DNA of 64,000 nucleotides, from the NCBI RefSeq assembly GCF_964213995.1, contig NC_135804.1:113522001-113586000 (forward strand), given 5' to 3'. The notes under the pieces were generated by a model. The model made no database searches. It was given only the letters and a program-made list of their open reading frames with translations, and had not been told where the DNA came from. This document shows positions 40,057 through 53,344 of this stretch, piece by piece (position 1 is the stretch's first letter; every line of letters begins with the position of its first letter). Source of the stretch: Mustelus asterias (lineage: Eukaryota). The translations under genes were made by a program, and so were the position numbers.

Positions 40057-40336
40057 TCATAGAATCTTATCGTGCAGGAGGCCATTCGGCCCATTGAGTC
40101 TGCACCGAGCATAATCCCACCCAGGCCGAATCCCCATAACCCCATGCATTTACCCTAGCTAGTCCCCATGACACTAGAGCAATTTAGTATGGCCAATTCA
40201 CCTAACCTGCACATCTTTAGACTATGGGAGGAAACCTGAGCACCCGGAGGAAACCCACACCGACAATGACCCAAGCCGGGAATTGAACCTTGGCACAGTG
40301 AGGCAGCAGTGCTAACCACTGTGCCATCCTGCCGCC
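40057..40336 (-). mobile_element. HE1 V-SINE
   Basis: Internally deleted copy. Confidence 0.85.
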
Positions 40337-41189
40337 TGGCAATCCTCTATTTACTTTGTTTCAATTTTATTCCTTTAGATCTAATTAATTACTGATTTAC
40401 ACATTTACTGTTGCCCCTTGGCTTAAAATTCTTATCACCCTTCTGCACCAAATTCTCATTCCCACGAAATTCTCACTCTAGACAGGCAGTCACTCCATCT
40501 AATAGATCCTTTCAGTTGTGTGCACACAGACTTGTGTGTTTTGTTTCTGTCCAAAGATGCTGCCTGATCAGCTAAGCATTTCCAGCATCTTTTGTTCTTA
40601 TCCCACAAAAAATATCATTCAGAAACATACTAGTTACAACTGGTGGTCAGCCATAACAATTAACACGTCAAGTGCCCACTAACATCCTCTATTGGATGGG
40701 TACTTCTTCCACTTCTACACTGTGTTGGGTAGTGCTATTACTGGTGTCAGGTTATAACACTCTAAAAATTGTTCCTGACTTTCTTTAATAAGATGTTTGC
40801 CATTGTTTACGAAACAACACTGCTGTCAAATGGCTGAACTGGGGGATTACTATCATTACCTTTACAGTCTTAATCGTTTTCTGTCTGTGCTGCTGGTAAG
40901 AAACCAATCTTTATCCTTTCCAACAAGGATGTAATAGTCAGGCACAATAGCTCTTTTTCCTGCTTTCTTAGGGGTGATATGTGCCACAAGCTGACAAAGT
41001 AAAATGGGTATTATTATAATTCTTGAATCAGTTCTAAAGAGTCATATTTGACTTGAACCATTCACTCTGTTTCTTTCTCTATAGATGCTGCCAGACCTGC
41101 TGACTTTTTCCAGCAGTGCTATTATTTCTCAAATTATAGGCTAATTTCACACAATTTAAATACGCACTTGTTAAATTTGTTTCATGTTT

Positions 41190-41830
41190 GCAAAAAACAT
41201 CCAGTGGTAGGGCATATCAAGAGAGTGATTAGCTAAGCAGATGAGATCTTAAGCTTCATAAACAGGAGGTATTGTGTAAAAATGCAGGGAAGTTATGCGG
41301 AATCTTTACAAAGCTCTGGTTAGGCCACAACTGGAGTATTGCATCCAGTTCTGGTCACCATGATTTAGGAAGGATTTGAGGCTCCTTTCCAGTATAATGA
41401 CATTTGCCAGATGGTTCCAGGGATGAGGGATTTTAGTCACAAGGTCAGTTTGGGGTTGTTCTCCTTGGCCTACTGAAGATTGAGGGTAGATTTGAAAGAG
41501 GTGCACAAGGTAGACAAGGAAAAATTAGTCACAACAAGGACTAAGGATGGACACAGATTTCAAATTTGGGTAACAGACTTGTGGCGGTGAGAGGGGTGGA
41601 GAGAGAGGTACGAAAAAACCTTTTTATGCAGCGTTGGATAATGACCTAGATAGAACCTGCTGTCCACGAGGGTGATGGAAGCAGAGACGATCAACAATTT
41701 CAAAACAAAATTGAATGGGCACTTGTAGGAAATACACATAGGGCTATGTGGAACTGGCAGAGTGGATTGCTCTACAGAGAACTACCACAGATCTGATATT
41801 TCAAATGTCTTTCTTTATGCTCTTATAACT
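41190..41830 (+). mobile_element. Old CR1 fragment
   Basis: LYKALVRPQLEYCIQFWSP. Confidence 0.75.
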
Positions 41831-43399
41831 CTAATAATACATCTGTAAAATGTTCTGGAATTCTTTTTCGATAAAAGGCAAATCGCTGTTGCACAAACAT
41901 TCAGCCCAGGTATCATTCCCCGATATCATATAGTTGCCTAGAATGCAAAACAACTTTCAAAACTGGCCAGTCAAAAACATTTACAAGGATGCAAACTACC
42001 TTTAGACAAACTTTAGCAGTTTCCACATAGATAGCCAAAAACAATGAACGATTTTGAAGATAGATCCAAGGTTTATTGAGCATCTGACAAAACATATTCA
42101 GCAACTAAGTTTATTCTAATGAGCATATCTCTGTGTTGCTGGCTCAACTGACAGAAATCCATGTTGTCTTGGTCTGCCAGCTGCAGAAAGTGAGTGGTAT
42201 TGCAAACCAACTAGGATGGGGCCCTGTCCTTCATCAATGGTAATAATGGATTAGATCTTGCTTTGAGCAGATGCCTCTGGCAGAAGCTCACCATGGCTTG
42301 GAATCCACACACCCTGTGCAGATATATTGAGCAGTAGTACAGTACAGTGGATGTTCTGGAACTGATTCTGTGTTTCTTTCCACAATTGGCCCTGCCTAGT
42401 TTATGCCCTGGAAGCAATCAGAAAGATGTGCCACATTTAAGCCATATTCAGTTTGAAAGATACACCCAGAAATTTCTGCTCTCTGCTGGTCTTGATTAGT
42501 TTTGACAGAAGCCCAACTCAGCTGCACTTAACCTGGATTTGTCCGTTTACATCAATGGCTTTAAAAAAAAATCCACTGGGTAGATTTTCAACTTGCTACC
42601 AGAGTGCCAAGTCAGCATTACGGATTGGTCATTCACAATGAAGATAGATGATTAATATTTCTATTGATATCAATGCATACAAACATATTGCTAAGTTTTT
42701 AAAACTACAAAATAAGCTGTATTCAAATCGTTACTAAATGATCTAATCAGATAAGTTAAATACACGTTAGAACAAAATGTTGATTTTTTAAAAAAATGCT
42801 GTTTTTGGATTATGATCCAAAAAGGATGCAAGAATCTCATTGGTTTAATAGTAAAAATGATATAGCTATACATCATACAATGTAATGAATTGTGAATGAA
42901 CAAACTGTAACCTGGTGATTTTATTTATTCTTTCCCACCATCTGGGTTGTATATTTTGTGACAGATCAAATAAATCTCGTCTGGAATGAGTATAAACTCA
43001 TAAATAAATAGTAAAAATAAAACCATCAGTACAATACATAACACAAACAGATTTGTTTGACATTCTTCCATTGAGCCTTATGTAATTTGAACACAGAAAA
43101 AAAATGTTGATTTTGTAGAAAAAAGGTGCGTGATGAATGTGGCTATTTATACCAAGTATGGCACAATCCGATTGTCACGGAGTCACAACATATGCTGTGT
43201 GACAGCATCATCAAAACTGAAAAAAACCTTTAGTAAATATAACTAATATCCACAGAATAATAGGATGATCATCCTTAATTACACACATGTTCGTCCACTA
43301 CGTATAGCAAATAACCTACACAAGTTGAAAATCACAGACTTTCATACATCCGTAACATACCTTTAACTTTCCAAATGTGAAAAAGGCCAGTGACATGGC

Positions 43400-44115
43400 T
43401 GAAAACATAAGCAATCGAAACAGGAACAGGCCATTTGTCCCCTCTAGCCTGCTCTGCCATTCAAAAAGAACATGGATGATCTGTGACTTCAACTCCACTT
43501 TCCTGCCCAATCCCTATGTCCTGATGCTCACGGTGTCCAAATTTCTATTGAACTCCACCTTGGATTTACATATGAACATATGTATAAGGAGCAGGAGCAG
43601 GCCACCCGAGCCTGCTCCACCATTCACTAAGATCATGGCCGATTTGCTTGTAACCTCAACTCCACATAACTGTTGAGCAATAACCTTTCATCCCCTGTCA
43701 AAAACATATCTATCTAGCTCTGCCTTTTGAGGAAGTGTATTCTGGAGACTCACGACCCTCAGAAAAGATTGTCCTAATATCGGTCCTAAATGAGCAACCC
43801 CTTATTTTTAAATAGTGATCCTTAGTTCATTCACAAGACAGAACATTCTCCCACATCCACTGTCAATACCCTGCAGGATCTTAAAGGTTTTGATTAAGTC
43901 ACTTCTTACTCTTCTAACCTCCAGTTGATGCAAATCTAACCTCTCCAATCTTTCCTCATAAGACAACCCACCCACTCCTGGTATTAGTTTAGGGAACATT
44001 CTCTGAACTGCTTTTAACACATTTACATCTTTCCTTAACTAATAACTGAGCACAATACTCCAAATGTGATCTCACCAACGCCCTGTACAACTGAAGCATA
44101 ACCTCCCTGCTTTTT
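43400..44115 (-). mobile_element. CR1 3' fragments
   Basis: GLSYEERLERL and DLIKTFKIL; two tails. Confidence 0.75.
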
Positions 44116-44131
44116 TTAATAAACATAAACA

Positions 44132-44258
44132 ATACACTGCAGATGCCAGAATCTGAAACAAAAGCAGAAAATGCTGGAAAATCTCAGCAGGTCTGGCAGC
44201 ATTTGTGGAGAGAGAATAGAGCTAACTTTTTGAGTCTGGATGACCCTTTGAAGGGTCT
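44132..44258 (-). mobile_element. Copy of the 135-375 family with a tiny foldback
   Basis: gaccctttgaagggtc at the end; flanks aacataaaca/aatataaaca. Confidence 0.65.
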
Positions 44259-44389
44259 AATATAAACAGGCCTCATTGATGCCTTCACACAGACACTATT
44301 CTTGCCCGTGACCAAAGGGACTGAACCATAGCCAGCATGTTCGTATGTAATTGGTTCAATTATTTCTGTATTCCACATTGGACTCACCA

Positions 44390-44692
44390 TTTAAAGTTTA
44401 TTTATTAGTGTCATAAGTAGGCTTACGTTAACAGTGCAATGAACTTACTGTGAAAATCCTCTAGTCGTCACACTCCGGCACCTCTTCATGTATACGGAGG
44501 GAAAATTTAGCACGACCAATGCACCCAACCAGCACGTCTTTCGGGCTGTGGGAGGAAATTGGAGCACCCCAAGGAAACCCACGCAGACACGAGGAGAACA
44601 TTCAGACTCCCTACAGACAGTGACCTAAACTGGGAATCGAACCTGGGTCCCTGGATCTGAGGCAGCAGTGCTAACCACTGTGCTACCCTGCC
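44390..44692 (-). mobile_element. V-SINE with type B tail
   Basis: As 29258. Confidence 0.85.
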
Positions 44693-47600
44693 ACTTTGAT
44701 CAAAGGTGCAACTTCGAGAGTAAGATCCTACAGGAGCTTTCCATGGAATATTGTCAAAAGCCACACGAAGTGTGAACAATTCAACCATTCTCCAAGTGAC
44801 CAATTGTGTACCTTGAGTTAAGAATAAACAAAAGGGGCCAGAGTATCTTCTGGATCTGGTCCATGCTTATAACAGTATCCCACATTCCTCCACACTCTTT
44901 TTTTCTTTGGAACAGACCCACAGCCCTTCCCTTTGGATCAGCTCCTTGGGTTCATCACGCATCCAGACAGAGATAGCAGGTTAACGAGTGGATAGATGAG
45001 CATCACGAAGGGCTAAATCAGGCATTTGAAAAGGCAAAAGAAGCAGAGAGAAGAAAAAAACTGCATGATCACCAAGCTGACAAGGTGGTCTTTCCGATTG
45101 CTGCAGGAGTATTCCTCTGGAACAGGAATATTAGGGAGTCATAATAAAATAGATACAAGATGTCTTCGATCCTGAACCTCAAGACATCCAGTAGCTTGGC
45201 GCTAGTGGCCACATCTGTTGTTGGCAGCAAGAGAGCAGCCTCAGAAAATGGTTCAGAGAGGAGCTGCCCGAGGCCAAATGTATGGTGGATCATGTGGAGG
45301 CAAGCAGCTCACTCAACAGTATCACGGATTCTGAAGTGCTGGCGGGACAGTGGCTTGAGACTCAGATAGCGATGAGGAATCTTGAAGGCACCAGAGTGTT
45401 GTGAACCGAAGGGGTGCACACAATGAGAGAAGGCCTACTTCAGCTCTGGAAGAAGAAGAGGCGATGACAGGCAGTGAGGCTACTACTAAAGTGACAAGTG
45501 TTGCCAATCCCTGGAGATATGACTGATTTAGATCCCTATGTGGTTATCCATTATAAAGTTTGAATCCCATTGAAAGTGTCTGGGCCGAGATCATCTTGTT
45601 GAAATGCAGGATATCATCCCAACCCTTACCAATTACCCAGATTGGTGAGGCATGAAGAAAATTCTGCCACTAATGTGGATTCTAATGTGTTAGTCACCAT
45701 GGCTCAATCAAACCTGCTAATCACACAATTGCTTAGTTGGCAGTCACCATGTGATATGTGTAGTTCCTGGAACAACTCAAGCAGAGAAATGTGTAGCAGG
45801 GGAGATGGGCAGATACCCCCCACCCCCTGCCAGCAGTGGTTGTTGGCCCAGAAATCCAGGGAATCGGTCGCCCCTGGGTAGCCCCTCAGGACAAGAGGCA
45901 AATTCTTCAGCAGGCCAGGGTGGACCCTGAGCCCAGAGCACAGGCTGAAGGGTGAAGCCAGGAGCCTCCTGGAGAGAGGGAGGGAAACTGGTGAGCTGCA
46001 GCGCTGAGGAGCCAAGGCCAGGAACTGGGCAGACTGAAGCCTCTGCTGGCGGCTAGGGAACTAGGGAGTGGCAATAGAGCGAGTGAACAGTTGCTGGAGA
46101 ACTAAGTGGACCACCTGTACAACACCCTTGAGTTTGTGAGGTCACGAGGAGTGGGAGATTCCCTTCCTGCCTGGGAGATAGGTTTTTGCACTCACGTTAC
46201 AAATATTGACTGAGCATAATAAGTTCTTAAATCTCAGACAGTACTGGCTTTACCATTACAGACATAGCAAAGACAAAAAGAATGATCAAAAGGAATTCAA
46301 ATTTCATTACATGAATAAGAAAAACAATTATAAATGGTTAGATATGAAGTATGCTATCTTTACAAGATATACAGTTCCTATAAGTAGACGTCAAAGAAAT
46401 GTGCCCGTTATAGGCAGGCAGCTAGTATAAACAAAATTTTTATAAGCACAGTGGGAATCTTCATCCCAAATCAGCCGTCTATCTAAATTCCCCAGTCATG
46501 ATCCAAACAGGAGAGATGGAAGAAAAAGAAGGAAAACGGGGAAGAAAGATAGAGCGAGAGAGACTGACTGGTCAGTTTGACTTGTACTGTGGAGAGCTGA
46601 ACAGGGCTGAAGTACGAAGTAGTGCTTGAACAAAGCAGGGATGGTTACTTGAATTGCCTGACAAGGTCGATGGGTTCAACTCAATTTTAGTGCCTACTTT
46701 GTGATTAATGCCCATGTCAGTGCCATTTGCCTGATTCAGGGGGCTGACTGGGAGAAACCTGTTTAAATGGTGGGGATAGTAAGTGATGCATAATCTATAA
46801 GTATCCATATTTTTTCCAAATGCTATGTAACATTATTCATTGAGTTTGATCAAGTTTCAAGGTTCTATGAAGAAGGTGTTCACTGTAGTGTTCTTTTGAA
46901 CCGAGCATGGTTGGCTAAACTCAAATATTTTATTATTCATCAGCGAAATGATTTTTTTCTGCAATCACAGTAGAAATCAGCTTAACAACATTATAAAATT
47001 TGGAGCCATACATTCGTTCCGCAGGTCAGCCACAAGTCTCTTTGAAGTATTTTACAGTACTATTTTCAGTTTAACAAGGGTTTCAATAAAAACAGTTTTA
47101 GCTTTGAACCAAAGTCCAGCTGAAGTTGCAATTAGAAGAAAATGTTAAATGGCATCCTGAACCATCTACCCATGATATCAAAAGGAGGTAGACAAACTAC
47201 ATTGCACATGCCTCATTTATCTTTCAACCAGAGTAGGTTTAGAAAAAACAACATGAACTCATCTAATTTATATTGAATCAAATAGATAAATCAGATTCAC
47301 AGAAGAATGCCAATCCCCTACTACAATCGAGAGGAACCCTTGCACATAGTTGAGAGTTCCTAAGTGACCATATGCTATAGATTGCAGTGCCCGCTCCCAT
47401 CCAACACTATTATTTTTTCCAGTAACTTGCATTTCCATTACTCTAGATAGTCCGATACACTCCTGGATCCTGCTTCCCTATCATCCCGTGCTCACTGATC
47501 TACACTGGCAACTGGCCAAGCAATTTTAAATTTCGCAACCTTGTCTTCAAATCCTTCCACGGCCTTGCCCCTCCCTAACCTGGTAATCTCCTCCAGTCCC

Positions 47601-47777
47601 TCAATCCTCAGAGACATCTGCTCCTCCAACTCTGGCATCTTGTGTATCCCTAATTTTAAGCTCTGCGCCATGTAACTGCGAGCCAAATTTTGCTTTGGAA
47701 TGCTCTTGTATGACTTTATTATTTTAAAGGCACTATGTAAATAAATTGTTGAAGGAGAGTTGTTGATGGAATAAATT

Positions 47778-48370
47778 ACCATAGGTCATGGTGTATAAAT
47801 TGACCTAGTGTACACAATGACCCCATTTTTTGGCACTAGAGATCATGTTTAAGCCCAGTTGACTTCCCTTGTCTACTGGGAAATGCTCGACTTGCAGTAG
47901 GGGTCGACCTCAATTTTTCACCTCAGAAATGCATGCTTGTCAGTACATGGGATCAAGCAGGTGATATGAGCGAGCCAAGAAGATGCATGAGAGTTTAAGA
48001 CAGGTCATGCATGAAGAGACCATGCATGATGACAAACCAACAGAAATCTGTCCTCTGGTTTTTAAAAAAGTGAAGTACAAAGCTGATTTCATAAGTCGGA
48101 ATATTTGCGAACTCATCAAATAACCATGCTGCAGCGAGAGAATTTGGTGTTAGTGGAAAAACTGGTGCGAGAATGGAAGGAGAAGGAACTTGCCCTTAAG
48201 TAGATGCACAAGACCAAATGCACTGAGAGCAGGGACCAGTCACTGGCCTGATCTCGGGAAGCATGCATCAGAATTGGTCCTCAAATATAATCAGAATGGT
48301 TGTTTCATCAGAAATGCAATGCTGACTTAAGTGAGCCAAATGAAACCCCTGAATCCAGCAAATATTTCAC
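47778..48370 (+). mobile_element. Decayed pogo/Tc2-type DNA transposon with a Brinker-like DNA-binding remnant
   Basis: 48073-48300 reads NNHAAAREFGVSGKLVREWK...HWPDL with stops and frameshifts. Confidence 0.65.
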
Positions 48371-48394
48371 AGCAATAGCTAACTGCTGTATAGA

Positions 48395-48940
48395 AATATT
48401 GTTATATTATAGAAAGGATATATTATATTGTAGAAAGGATATTATTAAACTAGATCGAGTGCAGAAAAAATTTACCAGGATGCTACCGGGACTTGATGGT
48501 TTGAGTTATGAGAGGCTGGATAGACTGGGACTTTTTTCTCTGGATCGTAGGAGGCAGAGGGATGATCTTATAGAGGTCTATAAAATAATGAGGGGCATTG
48601 ATCAGCTAGATAGTCAGTATCTTTTCCCAAAAGTAGGGGAGTCTAAAACTAGAGGGCATAGGTTTAAGGTGAGAGGGGAGAGATACAAAAGTGTCCAGAT
48701 GGGCAATTTTTTCACACAGAGGATGGTGAGTGTCTGGAACAAGCTGCCAGAGGTAGTAGTAGAAGCCGGTACAATTTTGTCTGTTAGAAAGCATTTAGAC
48801 AGTTACATGGGTAAGATGGGTATAGAGGGATATGGGACAAACGCGGGCAATTGGGACGAGCTTAGTGGTTAAAAAAGGGCGGCATGGACAAGTTGGGCCG
48901 AAGGGCCTGATTCCATGCTGTAAACCTCTATGATTCTATG
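48395..48940 (+). mobile_element. CR1 3' fragment
   Basis: RVQKKFTRMLPGL...NFFTQRMVSVWNKLP and tail. Confidence 0.9.
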
Positions 48941-50452
48941 AGAAGAAAAATATTTAGCATTGTGGCAGAAACCAAGAACATTCTTACAGGGCATGATAGT
49001 ACAGATAAGAAATTGTTGAGCTGTCTAGGGAATCTAGAACACAAGTGTTATGGCCTTAAGATAAGGCCATTTATGAATGCGATTGAGAAATTTAGTCACT
49101 TTTACGGTTATGAATTTTTGGAATTCCCTTCCCCCAAAAACTGTGGATAATCAGTCATAGAGTGTAATTAAGACAGGGGTTGATAAATCTTTGGGCCCTC
49201 GGGGAATAAGTGGTATGGAACTAATGGGGGGGGGGGGGGGGAGAAGTTTGGTGCTCTGTAGAAAATCGGCCATGACCTTGCGACATTTGGCCATTCCAGC
49301 TCCTACATCTTACTGTTTTCATTTCATAGAGAACTTCCCAATATCAGTTGCATGTTCGAGTCTGAGCCTCTTTGTTCTGCTAATACCTTGTCTATATCAT
49401 TTACTCTATTATATACTCTGCAGGGTTGTAGTGCTGTTACATTTCTGCAGTCTTACTTCATCATTAGTCCTCTAATGCTGAGCATTGATCTGGTAGTTAG
49501 TTCTTCTCCAAATTACCACCAGGATTTAAAATGTTTTTTTTCTAAATAACTTATTGACCAGAACAGGAAGAAATCTTTTAAAGGTGTGATCTGATAAGAA
49601 TACTATACAGGTTAAGCTTGACTTTTTTGGACTGTCTTATTTTTCTCTTTCTATGCTTTATGTTTCCTGGTCCACAATGACTGGATATGATTAGTGACAA
49701 GTTTCCTAAACCCCCAAGGTCTCTTTCAACTTCATTGTTTGATATTCCAACATGGGGCACCAATGTTAGCCATTGTTCACCCACTCTACCACACTTTCCA
49801 CCTATTTACATAGCTTTTTAATCTGCTATTGCCGGATACATTTTCAATTCCCAGTCTCTTTGTTCAGATTTAGCGGCCAATCCTAATTTATCATCTGCAC
49901 TTTTCAACAATTTGCACTGAGGTTCTAAATCTATGTAATGTAATTCAACTAACACAAATTCGGAACAGTGCTCCCAATATCAATCCCACTCCAACATAAC
50001 TACTTCAAAAAAATTCTTGCTGCTTTTATACCCTTTGATATATTATTTCTCCATTCTCATATGAATCCCCTAAACTAGTAAATCTTTTGTAGAGAACTGT
50101 CAAATTTCTTTTGGAAGTCAAAGTACACCATACTGTTGTGTCTTCTATAGATCACTTAGAATATTACTGCCTCAGAAACTCAAGGTGATTAGTCAGACAT
50201 GAACATCACTTGCTGATTCCATGCTGACTGCTGTTCATTGTTTAATCATGCAGATATTTCTGATAATCAATTCCCTGAATTTACCCAGTATTGAAGTGCG
50301 TCCAAAGTTCTCTCTCGGTCAGTTTCTCCTCTTTTAAAAATTAACACATTTCCCATCTATGGGGATCTCCTCAGTGTTTACTGACTCCTTCATAACAACA
50401 GTCAAAAGCACTGATATCTACTATTTTTCTTTCCCAGTACTTTAGGGATAAA

Positions 50453-50781
50453 TGGGCAGCATGGTGGCACAGTGGTTAAGACTGCTGCCTCACAGCGCCA
50501 GGGACCTGGGTTCAATTCTTGCCTCACATCACTGTGTGGAGTTTGCACATTCTCCCCATGTCTGCTTGGGTTTCCTCCGGGTGCTCCGGTTTCCTCCCAC
50601 AGTCCAAATATGTGCGGATTAGGTTGATTGGCCATGCTAAATTGACCCTGGTGTGAGGGGGGGGGTAAGCAGGGTATATATGTGGGGTTACAGTAATAGG
50701 GCCTGGGTGGGATTGTGGTTGGTGTAGACTCGATGGGCCGAATGGTCTCCTTCTGCACTGTAGGGTTTCTATGATTCCATG
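50453..50781 (+). mobile_element. HE1 V-SINE inside an old minus-strand CR1 remnant
   Basis: gggcagcatggtggcacagtgg head, V-domain, CR1-type tail. Confidence 0.9.
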
Positions 50782-50958
50782 AAATGCTATCTTTCTTGAA
50801 GTTATTTTATACTGAGCCTTTTTAATCTATCTAGGGCTTCCATCTTATTTATATTAAAGTTGTTAATTCTGCTTGGATTGCTATTTCAAGATATTGCTCA
50901 CCTTTTCTAGTGAATACACAAAAGGAAAATTATAACCTTGTGTATTAATTATTACATT

Positions 50959-52370
50959 TGTTAGGGTCCTGGACCAGAACCCCAAGGTATATTACGAAGC
51001 CAGACTAGACCCCAACAATTTTTATATTTTGGCATAAATGTGAGATTTTATTTCTTTCTAGGAATGATTCCACGGACAAAGTACAGATCTTTTATCGTGA
51101 AACAAACTTTTTTTAATAACAGTTTAAATATACCTCTAACAAATCAAGCACTTAACCATTAATAGCTGAACAATATTTATAAAGGAAAGGCAGCAACTTT
51201 ACTTTCTAGTTCATGACTGTTTAAGTTCCAAATAAGCCCCATTTATGCATACATCAAACCCACTTTTTAATAAACACAGCTAACAAACTCAGGCATGCTT
51301 GCTTTCAGAAAGAGCGAGAGCGAGAGAAAATCTGAACTGCATACCTTCTAGACATATCAACTGCCAGCAGAATAAAGCTGAATTTTTAAGCATTACCCAC
51401 AAACATTAGAGAGAGGAGTCCAGAAGCCTGTAAAATCCTAACTTCAACTAGGCTTCAGCTGCAACTAACTACTTTCTCCAAAAGCTTTTTCTGTCTCTGC
51501 AACATATCCAGCTCTGCATGTTAACCACATCATCACATGACCCTGGCAATCACTCTAATCAGAAGCCCAGGGGAACTTAAGGAAACAAAAGTCCATAAGC
51601 TCTACTTAAAACAAACACTTGCAAATGTTAGGGTCCCAGACCTGAACCCCAAGGGATATTACAGAGCCAGACTAGCCCTCCACAGTTTTTCTATTTTGGC
51701 ATAAATGTGAGGAAAGCATACTTCCTTCCAGGAATGTTTCCATTAACAAAGTAGAGATTTTTAAAAAGTGAAACAAACTTTATTTAATAACAGTTTAAAT
51801 ATAACTAATAAATAAATTATAACTTAACTTTTAACAGTTGAACAGTATTTAAAAATGAAAAGGAAACAACTTTAATTTCTAACTGATCACTGTTTCCATT
51901 CCAAATAATCAACATTTGTTTTACAGACCTAAAGGCCATTTTAAATCTAATCAGCAATCACAAATATACTTGCTATAAGCGCAGACAGTCATGAATGAAG
52001 CTTTCAGAGAGGAAATGAGATCAAAATCATTCTAACTTCAAGCAGGTGTCATCTGCTTTCTGCAAAAGCAGTTATTCTCTGCTTCAGACCCACATCATTA
52101 CGTGACCCTGTCAATCAACTAATCAGAAATCTCAAGGAAATTTTTAAAGTCCACAAGCTCTACTGAAAATAAGCACTTGCAAGGCTGTAATGAGTAATTA
52201 TCCTGCTCTCCCAAAATCGGAGCTGCATTCCTTCCAGAAATATTAACTGCCAGTGGAATAAAGCTGAATTTTTAAACATTATATACTATCCGTGCATTTA
52301 GCCATTCTCAATTTCAGACTTGCTAGTATATTTTAAGGTTATCAACTCTTCTAAGTTCCTTATTACTATT
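50959..52370. repeat. Two adjacent diverged LTR-like units (starts 50959 and 51627)
   Basis: Both begin TGTTAGGGTCC...GAACCCCAAGG and are colinear over several hundred bp. Confidence 0.7.
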
Positions 52371-53006
52371 ATGGCAGCAAAAGAATTATGGCATTGATAG
52401 TCCAAAATTGTTCACACATTCCTCCAATTGGATCCTTAATGAGATCAAAACTGAATAAGAAAATGGGCAATATATGATACTGTTTGGATAATATTTGAGT
52501 ATCTATCTTAGTATAGAGTGGAAAGAGAGCAGTCGGGTTTGAAGCTCAAAACAAAGTGTATTATTTTAAAGACTTAAATGAACATGGATAACAGGCTTCC
52601 AAATTGAAAAAAGCTGTAAAAATGACAAGCTTGTTATACTGGTTTTCCGAGTATTGTTTCACATGATGTGTAATCACGAGGAGACACTGGCTCCTCACAA
52701 TATAATAGAGGGAGGAAGACTAAAAGAGCTTTTTAAAAATGATCAAATGGATAGGCTATTACTTCTTGTTGTATTCATTCATGGGATGCTGGCATCACTG
52801 ACAAAGTCATTATTTAATTTCCATCCCTAATTTCCCTTGAGGAGGTGGTTGTCAGCTGTCGTCTTGAATTATTGCAGTATGTGTAGTGAAGGTACAAGCA
52901 CTGTGCTGTTAGGTAGAGTTCCAGAAGTTTGCCTTGGGACAATAAAGGCAGCAAGAAATCTCACAACACCAGGTTAAAGTCCAACAGGTTTATTTGGTAG
53001 CACAAG

Positions 53007-53048
53007 CCACAAGCTTTCAGAGCATTGCTCCTTCATCAGGTGAGTGGG
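53007..53048 (-). ncRNA. Minimal hammerhead ribozyme motif
   Basis: CAC-CUGAUGA-A-GGAGC-AAU-GCUCU-GAAA-GC-UU-GUGG. Confidence 0.75.
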
Positions 53049-53344
53049 AGTTCTGTTCACAAACAGGGCATATAAAAACACAAACTCAATTTACAAGATA
53101 ATGATTGGAATGTGGGTCTTTACAGATAATCAAGTCTTAAAGGTACAGACAATGTGAGTGGAGAGAGGGTTAAGCACAGGTTAAAGAGATGTGTATTGTC
53201 TGCAGCCAGGACAGTTAGTGAGATTTTGCAAGCCCAAGCAAGATGAAGGAGCAGCGCTCTGAAAGCGTGTGGCTTGTGCTACCAAATAAACCTGTTGGAC
53301 TTTAACCTGGTGTTGAGAGACTTCTTACTGTGCATCTCCACATC

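Noticed and set aside
44880-46160. Purine-rich block possibly from a decayed retroelement
   Set aside because: No diagnostic motif could be read confidently.
50453-50525. tRNA gene
   Set aside because: It is a SINE head that continues into the V-domain.
5893-50781. Strand bias of V-SINEs (7 of 8 on minus)
   Set aside because: Sample too small to be meaningful.
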